From Eledone cirrhosa (taxonomy: Eukaryota), in NCBI GenBank assembly GCA_964016885.1, contig OZ024753.1:3162001-3226000 (forward strand): DNA of 64,000 nt, written 5' to 3'. Below are positions 54,578 to 64,000 of the stretch, piece after piece (position 1 is the first letter of the stretch; every line of letters begins with the position of its first letter). The notes under the pieces were generated by a model. The model worked only from the letters and a program-made list of their open reading frames with translations. It had not been told where the DNA came from and did no database searches. A program made the position numbers and the translations under genes.

Positions 54578-55003
54578 GGCCATCCAAAATCACCGGGAGA
54601 GATGACCCCTTAGCCTTTGTCAAGGCAGAATTCTAGGAGAAGGAAAACTCTGATATAACACCTGCAACCCTGATGGTATCCAATGATGTTGACTTGTTCT
54701 TCTTTTTGGTAAATATCATCTTGGTTAAGAGAGTGGGACTGGCTTTGTGCAGTGCCTTTGCTCACTATAAAAGCTTCACGGCACAGGCATTGCTTTATAT
54801 CTGGAGATCTCTCTGCACTTGTCGTCACATGGTACCATGGGCCCAGCACTATGTGTCAGTAATTGTCACAAGTGTAGTGTTTGTACCAGAGTTTTCAAGT
54901 CGCTGGCTGGACTAAAAAGTCACACTCGTTCAGCGCATCGGTAGGGGTTCTCCTACATGGATATAAAGTAGTGGCCGTACTCGAAAACGAGTTGGCAGCC
55001 ACC
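54578..55003 (+). mobile_element. Internally deleted (bipartite) RTE/BovB-type element
   Basis: 5' part has ctaggagaaggaaaactctgat (BovB-type 5' UTR motif as recalled). 3' part encodes C2H2 finger CSVCTRVFKSLAGLKSHTRSAHR* (54873-54944). Sits inside a (TATG)n array. Confidence 0.65.
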
Positions 55004-55004
55004 A

Positions 55005-56070
55005 TATATGTATGTATGCATTTATGTATGTATGCATTTATGTATGTATGTATGCATTTATGTATGTATGCATTTATGTATATATGTATGCATATATGTA
55101 TGTATGCATTTATGTATGTATGCATTTATGTATGATTGCATTTATGTATGTATGCATTTATGTATGTATGTATGCATTTATGTATGTATGTATGCATTTA
55201 TGTATATATGTATGCATTTATGTATATATGTATGCATTTATGTATATATGTATGCATTTATGTATATATGTATGCATTTATGTATATATGTATGCATTTA
55301 TGTATGTATGCATTTATGTATATATGTATGCATTTATATTATATGTATGCATGTATGTATGTATGCATTTATGTATGTATGCATTTATGCATTTATGTAT
55401 GTATGAATTTATGTATATATGTATGCATTTATGTATATATGTATGCATTTATGTATGTATGTATGTATGCATTTATGTATATATGTATGCATTTATGTAT
55501 GTATGTATGCATTTATGTATATATGTATGCATTTATGTATGTATGTATGCATTTATGTATGTATGTATGCATTTATGTATGTATGTATGTATGCATTTAT
55601 GTATATATGTATGCATTTATGTATATATGTATGCATTTATTTATGTATGTATGCATTTATGTATGTATGTATGCATTTATGTATATATATGTATGCATTT
55701 ATTTATGTATGCATGCATTTATGTATATATGTATGCATTTATGTATATATGTATGCATTTATGTATATATGTATGCATTTATGTATGTATGTATGCATTT
55801 ATGTATATATGTATGCATTTATGTATATATGTATGCATTTATTTATATATGTATGCATTTATGTATGTATGCATTTATGTATGTATGCATTTATGTATAT
55901 ATGTATGCATTTATTTATGTATGCATGCATTTATGTATATATGTATGCATTTATGTATGTATGTATGCATTTATGTATACATTTATGTATGTATGTATGC
56001 ATTTATGTATACATTTATGTATGTATGTATGCATTTATGTATATATGTATGCATACATTTATGTATGCAT
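55005..56070. repeat. (TATG)n-derived minisatellite, 16-24-bp units with gcattta
   Basis: Direct inspection; also at 54465-54577. Confidence 0.97.
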
Positions 56071-56974
56071 ACTATATTATTAATTTGTTAAGGATGAACA
56101 AAGCTCATGGCCCCTTTTTTAAGGTTCCTAGGCTCAGAGATAAAAGCAACTAGATAAAGTTAGTAGGAAGATACTACTACAAGCAGAACTGGGAAGATAG
56201 AGGAAATCGGGGATAATAATTGAAAGAGAGTGAAGTGGGGAGATCCACATATATAAATATATCTAAATGCACACAAACATGCATTCTTGCAAACATAATC
56301 ATGAATACAAACACACATGTATAGAAGCATGCATTTGCATTCAATTTTTCACTTCCTATATCCACCACCCACCCCCATACATAGTACAAAGTAATTAACA
56401 GTTTACAATTGAGAAACATTTCAAAATCAACTGCCTCCTTTTCTTGTGGTGAAACAAGAGGGTGGGGAAGGCTAACATTTCTTTTGCAAAGATTAATTCA
56501 AATTTTATTTATTTATTTAATTTACATAGATTTGCATGTATGTTTTAGTTTATTTATGTATGTCACACCCCCGCCACTCCCATACTTCCTTGTTTCATGC
56601 ATTCATTGACAATTGTTAGATAAGATACCACAGTAACACAAATGTCATCATAAAAACAGCAACAACAACTACAACAACAACAACAACAACACTGATTAAG
56701 AGAGAAAAACAAAAGAGTTAAGGAGAATAAACACAAGACAAACTACAGCAGGTTGGGTGGAGAATAGGGGGAGGAGAACAATTAAGGATAGGAGCCTAAA
56801 CATACACACATGAAATAAAATGTAAACAAAAACAGTCAGCGGTTATCCAATGAAACAAGTGTTAGTTGTTATAAAGAATGCAATTAAATGAAGCAAAGAT
56901 GACGTCAAGTGTATTAACAGCAGCAGTTAAGACAAACTGATGAAAGAATAATGACAAATGAAGTTATAACAATG

Positions 56975-57510
56975 ACAGCATCATCAAAATCACCACCACC
57001 ACTATCACAATCAACACCACCATCATCATCATCACTACCACCGCCATCATTCTCACTACCACCACCATCATCATCAACACCATCACAATCAACACCACCA
57101 TCATCATCATCACTACCACCGCCATCATTCTCACTACCACCACCACCACCATCATCATCAACACCATAACAATCAACGCCACCATCATCATCATCACTAC
57201 CACCGCCATCATTCTCACTACCACCACCACCACCATCATCATCAACACCATAACAATCAACGCCACCATCATCATCATCACTACCACCGCCATCATTCTC
57301 ACTACCACCGCCATCACCACCATCAACAACACCATAACAATCAACTCCACCAGCATCCTCCTCATCACTACCACCGCCATCATTCTCAACACCACCAGCA
57401 CCACCACCACCATCATCAACACCATCACAATCAACTCCACCACCATCATCATCATCATCATCATCACTACCACCATTCTCAACACCACCACCACCATCAT
57501 CATCTTCAAC
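56975..57510. repeat. (CAC/CAT)-rich minisatellite, ~75-81-bp unit
   Basis: acaatcaac...cactaccaccgccatcattctca repeated about six times. Confidence 0.9.
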
Positions 57511-58091
57511 AGTAATAACAAATTGCTGAAAGTGAGAGTGAGAGAGACAGAAATAATTGTTTCTATTTTAGGCACAAGGCCAGCAATTACCCAGTGCATT
57601 ACTGGTACTTTATTTTATCGACAGAAATAATGAAAGAGTTAAAGCATGTGTATTTTATGTGAGAAAGAGAGAGAGAAAGAGATAATGTAAGAATGAAAGC
57701 ATGTAGATGTTATCTCAGAAAGAAAGAGAGAATGTGTGCGTATGTGTGTGTATGTGAATGTGTGTGTATGTGTGTGTATGTGAATGTGTGTGTATGTGTT
57801 TGTATGTGCATATCTGTATATGTGTGTGTGTGGATGTTTGGTGATTTCCACTTTGATATTGAATTAGGTTCCATGTACACTGTTGCAGTTAAGTTTTATA
57901 AGAGGATGTTAGCAGCTTTAGCAACAGTAACAACAAACAGCAACTGTTACTATGGCAACAGTTATAAAGTATGGCAACAACAACAACAGTAAATATAAAT
58001 GTAACTACTTTAGACAAACACAACAATAACAACAACAGCAACTGTAAATATAAATGGAGCTACTGTAGACAATAAACAACAAAAACTGCAA

Positions 58092-58310
58092 TAATCATTT
58101 CTTTTATAGGCACAAGGCCAGCAATTTTGGGGGAGGGGAAAGTCGATTAAATTGTCCCCCAGTGCATGACTGGTACTCTATTTCATCGACCTCATAAGGA
58201 TGAAAGGCAAAGTTAACCTCGGCGGGATTTGAACTCAGATCATAAAGGGCCGTAACTCTATGCTGCAAAGCATGGCATCTGACCCTCTACCTATACTGCC
58301 AATCCGCCAT
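58092..58310 (-). mobile_element. Family A SINE (also 3' fragment at 57552-57622)
   Basis: aaggatgaaaggcaaagttaacctcggcgggatttgaactc is the reverse complement of the family A core. Confidence 0.85.
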
Positions 58311-59289
58311 CAAAAATACTATAACAACAACAAAAACAACTACAACAACTGTAACTACTGTAGACAATTAATACAAGAAAAACTGCAACAACTGTAACTA
58401 CTGTAGACAATTAATACAACAAAAACTGCAATAACAACAACAACAACTGCAATTGTAACTGCAAAGCTACTATGCCAACAAGAAATAAGAAATGCAACTG
58501 ACTATATTGTAGCTATGACAATAACAATAACAACAACAAATGACATCAACCTTAACAGTCTTATATACAACAGCATCAAGCAGCACCTCTAACAAACAAC
58601 AATAACATATGAGAAAACAACTAGAACAATAACAATTGTATTTTAAAAAAAAACAACATCAATTGCAGTTAGATGAGTTAACAATGCCTTCTCACAACAA
58701 AACAACAACAAAAAATGTCATTAAAATTAAAGTCATCAACAAGAAAAATAACCCAAAACAACCACAACATTTCACCATTTGCTTTCATAACACAAATAAT
58801 AACAAACAAAACAGAGTAGCAGTAAAGACAAATAAATATAAATAAACAATAATAATAATAATAATGATAATAACAATATAATAGTAATAAAATCAAATTG
58901 CAATCAAATCTGGATTCCAAATCTACTGAGAGAGAACAAAGCGTTGTTCTGCAAGAGAGAGGCTGCTTTTGTTCTTCTTCAGAGTTTGATAGTGTCTCCA
59001 ATCTGTTAACTTGATAAACTTTACTTCTTAGAAGATAAAGGAATTAGTATAGATGTTTATAGAGGAGGGGTGAGGAGGAGGGAGAGGGGGAGGGTAGCAA
59101 GAGGAAAAGAAATTCACACAATTTGTCAATTCCAGAATTAAAACAAGACAGCAACTAGTGAGTAAAAAAGAATAAAGCTTTTTTGTTCTTACTGCTGTAG
59201 TAGTAGTAGTAGTAGCATCAGCAGCAGTAGTAGTAGTAGTAGTAGTGCTGCTGATAGGAGTTTTTGTTGTTGCTGCTGTGTGGTGTGGT

Positions 59290-59940
59290 GTGGTGTGTGT
59301 GTATGAATGTTTGTGTGTCAGTGTGTGTGTGTGTGTGTATGTACAGGTACATGTGTGTTTGTGACGAAGTGCAAGTGTCTGTGTGTAGGTACAGGTAAAT
59401 GTGTATGTGTAACTAATTGTATGTTGGTGTGTGTATGTAAATGTGCATGTGTGTAACTGAATGTGCATTTGTGACTAAGTGTGTGTTGGTGGGTGTATGT
59501 GTGTATGTGCATATGCATGTGTATTTGTGACTAAGTGTGTGTTGGTGTATGTATGTGTATGTGCATATGCATGTGTGTTTGAGACCAAGTGTGTGTTACT
59601 GTGTGTGTGCTTGTGTATATGTGTGTATGTGTATATATATCTGTGACTAAGTTTGTGTTGGTGTATGTTTTTGTATGTGAATATGCATATGTGTTGGTGT
59701 ATGTATGTGTATGTGCATACGCATGTGTGTTTGAGACCAAGTGTGTGTTACTGTGTGTGTGTGCTTGCACATATGTGTGTATGTGTATATATATCTGTGA
59801 CTAAGTGAGAGTTGGTGTGTGTATGTGCATTTGTATGTGTGACTAAGCGTGTATTGGTGCATGTATGTGCATATATGTATGCGTATGTGCTTGTGTGTAG
59901 ATGGATGAATGTTTGTAACTAAGTTTGTGTGTGTGTGCAT
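59290..59940. repeat. Degenerate (GT)n-rich repeat with tgactaagt motifs
   Basis: Direct inspection. Confidence 0.85.
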
Positions 59941-60700
59941 GATTTCTCTGACTTAAATGGATACATATACCATTAAGTTAACATGTGCTGTTCAATTTGC
60001 TCGAAAACTTTTCATTATCAAGCTATTTATTAAATGCTTCATTAACTCGCTCTTAAAATTGCAACTAAATCCTAAGAGTATTGCTTCTTGTATTTGTTAT
60101 TTCTTGAATTTTTAAATTTAATTTCCAATGCTAGCAAAGGGTAACTTTAAAGATGGACAAGCATTAGTAACATGACTGAATAACCAATTAGCATTTCTCA
60201 TTAGTTGTTCACAAGAAACAGTATGAAAGGCCAAGAATACTAACAAGTGTTGACTAAGAAGAGGACAGTGGACTTTCTTCTCACATTTTGTTACTTCAAG
60301 GAACAATGCATTGGAAACATCTAATTTCACTGTTTGCATCTGTGTGGTAGGAATAATTATTTCAAAGATGGTATGAATATGAGGAGTTAATTGTTAACTG
60401 TGCTTCTCTGATCAACGAAGCTATTTAGATATAACTACAGCTGTAATAAGCAAATTAGTTGTCTTTTGAAGTAGAAAATACATATTTTTGCATTCATTTA
60501 TCAAATTACTGAAAGCCACCATTATTTTATTAGTCATCAGCATATTTATGCTTTGGGTATATATCGATTTTAAAATGTATGAGAGATGCTGAAGTGTATG
60601 TAGAAGATAACATGAGTGAAATGTTTCCAAAATGTTAGAAATGAATTATAATAAATGTTTCTAAAAACTATAGTGGCTCAGAAATCCTGAAGGACACAAA

Positions 60701-61084
60701 TCATCATCATCATTATCATCATCATCATACTTTAACGTCCATTTTCCATGCTAACCATCGGTTACATATGACCATGGGATTTGCCCCTAGAATGTTACCC
60801 TCCGAGGCACAAGTTCAGGAGAGGTTATTTGTAGAAGACCAGCAGTCAGCCATGCATGCCAGCCTCCTTACTCCATGCCCCCTATGCTGTTTAAGGGAAA
60901 GGCAATGATCAATACAGTTTGGCACCAGTGATGTCACGACTCATTTCTACAGCTGAGTAAACCGAAGCAACATGAAATAAAGTGTCTTGCTCAAGGACAC
61001 AACGCATCACCCGGTCTGAGAATCAAATTCACAACCTCACGATTGCAAGCCCAACATTCTGACCACTAAGCCATGTACCTTCAC
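60701..61084 (-). mobile_element. tRNA-derived SINE with family B head and a different body
   Basis: 60940-61084 matches the family B head and CORE segment. 60755-60935 is a distinct body; (CAT)n tail at 60701-60728. Confidence 0.75.
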
Positions 61085-61377
61085 ATAACATAGTTAATAT
61101 CCTTTGTACAAAACAAGTTTATCTTCGAGAAAAGAAAGAATAGAATCATGGAATTAACATTCTTGTTGAGAAACACAAATACTAAAAGCCTAGAGCCAGG
61201 GAAAAATATTTGAGCTGTAAATTGATAGTTTGATGTGTATCAGTTTGCCTACCTTCATAATATATTCTACTATAAACACTGTACAATATTTAAAGAAACA
61301 CTTTGCATCTATGTTATTTGTATGATATATAAATTCAGGATGTCAAACTAGAGAGATTTTTATCCTTAAATATTTTA

Positions 61378-61566
61378 TCTTAACTGGCAAGAGACCGAGG
61401 GGTAGATCCCAAGCAAGATGGTTGGATAACATCCATGAGCTTGGCTAGTCATGCTTGGGTATCCAGCTGGATCAGTTGGAGACAGTTGCTTCTGACAGGA
61501 CCTGTTGAAAAGAGTGTTTGAGGAGTCTTCCCCCATGACCCTCTCAGAAATAAGTGGGTGAAGAAC
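61378..61566 (+). mobile_element. RTE-clade LINE 3' end (Expander/Rex3-like), decayed
   Basis: TGKRPRGRSQARWLDNIHELG*SCLGIQLDQLETVASDRTC*KECLRSLPP. Confidence 0.78.
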
Positions 61567-62014
61567 ATATTTTCTCTTAATATGTCTTAAAGAATAATCT
61601 ATCACTATGTTCCAAATTATCATTGTTATTAGGTACCATCTGTTCTCAGCAGCTTGAATACCATAGATTAACACAACTTTATTTTTGAGTTATTGGATAT
61701 TTCAAGCTAGTCTAATTCTTGATTTTATTCATTCACATATTTCTCTTCTGATTAATTTTGACTTTTACTAATGACTTGACCACTTGTGACCCATTTGGTC
61801 ACATTCACTTCAAAATATTTTTTTTAAATCATGTTCAGTAAAAATTAATTTTTAAATAATTAAAATATACAGAGATATGTATATAATATGAAATGAAACT
61901 GGAAGACCCATATATATATATATATACGTGTGTGTATGGATATATATAAATGTATATGTTTGTATACATATATATATGTATATATATATATGTTTGTATA
62001 CATATATATATGTG

Positions 62015-62065
<51 letters not shown>

Positions 62066-62152
62066 GTGTGTGTGTGTGTATATATATATGTGTGTGTGTC
62101 TGTGATCTATATACACTGGTCATTGACACACATACACACACATATACACACA

Positions 62153-62650
62153 CCGCCTTACCTAAATACAAAGTAAAAACCTACTACAGTCAGTAGGCAT
62201 CTCTATCAAAACACACCCCCGTCCCACCACCCCCACCAGCCCTTTCAATGTAAAGTTATGTTGGTGCCACAACATCCAGGCCGAAACAAATGAGATCGTG
62301 TAGGTGTCACGACAAAAAAACACACAGTCCATGCTGTAAATGTGGCCGTGTAGGCAACACGGTAAAAACCTCCCAGCCCCACACTGTAAATGTGGTTGGT
62401 GTTAGGAAGGGCATCCAGCTGTAGAAAACCCGCCAGACAGTCCACGCTGTAATGTGGCCGTGTAGGCAACACGGTAAAAACCTCCCAGCCCCACACTGTA
62501 AATGTGGTTGGTGTTAGGAAGGGCAGCTGTAGAAAACCCGCCAGACAGTCCTATGCGAGCAAGACAACCACTCTTGCCTCAAGTGGGAAAACTCCCGTCC
62601 AAACCCATGCAAGCGTGGAACACGGACGCTAAACCTTGATGATGATGATT
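62153..62650 (+). mobile_element. 5'-truncated copy of the RTE at 22710-23760, starting at the last ORF codons, with an internal ~110-bp tandem duplication
   Basis: ccgccttacctaaata (R-L-T-stop) continues into the same UTR and ends with (GAT)n. Confidence 0.9.
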
Positions 62651-63467
62651 CACATATATGTATATACACAACACTACCAGCTCTCTCTCTTCCATTCTCC
62701 TTCTCTGTCTCCTCTCTCTATATCTTTCTTTCAATCTACTCTCTCACAACCATTATCTCATTCTCTCTATCCATCTCTCTCTCTCTGTTTATGAAGGTAC
62801 CCAGAAAACACCCATATCTTGGGAAACCGTGCTTCGATTTATGCAAAACTTGTTTTATTCCATTTGTATTTCCATTTCAGGGGCAACTTCCTTTCAAAGT
62901 ATTTTCCCATTATGCGCCATTTTGACTGTATTACATTACAGACAAGCAAGCAGGCAAGCAAACAAGCAAGCAATCACAGAATTTTAATAGTATATAGATA
63001 GATATATAAAGTCATGTGGTAAAACCATTTTTTAAAAAGCAAATGTCCACATTATTTTGATGGTGGCTAATAAAAAGTTCTTCAGTTTTGCAATATTTAG
63101 TTCTTCTTCATTGAGGTAGTGTTTTGCCACTGATATTCTCCAAATGGCTTCTCTCACCCTACATCTCAAAGGCCTTTGATATACTAAATTATACTTCAGT
63201 TAACGAAATAGCTGCAGATCCATGCAGTAAAGTGGATTTGTCCATTATAACAATAAAGGAAATAGAAACAAAGAGTTTATTAAAAGCATAAAAATAGTTA
63301 AATGCTGGCAAGTTCTAATCACCTTGCTTGCCTACATTAGAGAGAGAATAAATGATTTGGAGATTGGTTACTCAACTAAGAGAACATTACAAAATTAGTA
63401 CTGGATACCATTGGAGAAAAATGATTTCTCACTTAAAAATAAAACGTTTTTTAATATTAATAAATGA

Positions 63468-63899
63468 TAAAGTGGTCGTGTAGGTGTTATGACAAAAAGC
63501 ACCCAGGACGCACTGTAAAGTGGTCATGTAGGTGTCACAACAGAAAGTACCTAGTCCACACTGTAAAGTGGTCGTGTAGGTGTCATGACAAAAAGCACCC
63601 AGCACACACTATAAAGTGGTCGTGTAGGTGCCACGACAAAAAGCACCCAGCCCACACTGTAAAGTGGTCATGTAGGTGACATGACAAAAAACACCCAGCA
63701 CACACTATAAAGTGGCCGTGTAGGTGCCACGACAAAAAGCACCCAGCCCACACTGTAAAGTGGTCATGTAGATATCATGACAAAAAACACCCAGTCCACA
63801 CTCTAAAGTGGTCATGTAGGTGTTATGACATAAAGCACCCAGTCTATACTGTAAAGTGGTCATGTAGGTGTCACAACAAAAAGCACCCACCACACACTG
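63468..63899 (+). repeat. Tandem array of 9 x 48-bp units inside an RTE-associated element that runs off the window
   Basis: taaagtgg starts at 63468, 63516, 63564, 63612, 63660, 63708, 63756, 63804 and 63852, then ggttggcattaggaaggtcatccagctgtagaaa. Confidence 0.95.
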
Positions 63900-64000
63900 T
63901 AAATGTGGTTGGCATTAGGAAGGTCATCCAGCTGTAGAAATCTAATCAGAAACAGTTCTATAAGAGCAAGACATGGTCACCTGACCCAACTTGCCTCAAA

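Noticed and set aside
56900-56907. TGACGTCA (CRE consensus)
   Set aside because: A single 8-mer in 64 kb with no promoter evidence.
56951-57599. Ser/Pro-rich and Met/Val-rich ORFs
   Set aside because: Products of a CAC/CAT minisatellite; no splice or domain evidence.
58678-59001. Possible exon or ORF LETLSNSEEEQKQP...
   Set aside because: No recognisable domain, no donor site, and it runs into (TTA)n low-complexity sequence.
63468-63899. CRISPR-like appearance of regular repeats (also 7490-7812, 39548-39860)
   Set aside because: Units are contiguous with no unique spacers, there are no cas genes, and the context is eukaryotic.

Overview
AT-rich, microsatellite-saturated eukaryotic DNA, intergenic or intronic. 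No host protein-coding gene can be supported: almost all long ORFs in the track are (TA)n/(TG)n/(TATG)n artefacts. The repeat repertoire (tRNA-derived SINEs, RTE LINEs with (GAT)n tails, R4/Dong, CR1, piggyBac/hAT/pogo-type MITEs) looks like an octopus or other cephalopod genome; this is inferred from recalled repeat families, not from a search. The main signal is a layer of Penelope-like element (PLE) remnants carrying hammerhead ribozyme (HHR) motifs, usually beside (TA)n. (1) A 2.6-kb palindrome (35338-37951) has ~991-bp near-identical inverted arms. A complete type-I hammerhead lies near each outer end, and the spacer holds the C-terminus of a PLE GIY-YIG endonuclease on the minus strand that the ORF track missed. 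(2) A three-copy hairpin family has copy-specific but self-complementary arms and carries the 3' half of a hammerhead. (3) Two further short families and one isolated motif carry HHR cores. Also notable: an RTE LINE whose 3' UTR appears to be a captured SINE-like module, and a 9 x 48-bp tandem array in which each unit can form an H-type pseudoknot plus a GNRA hairpin. All alignments and folds were done by eye.
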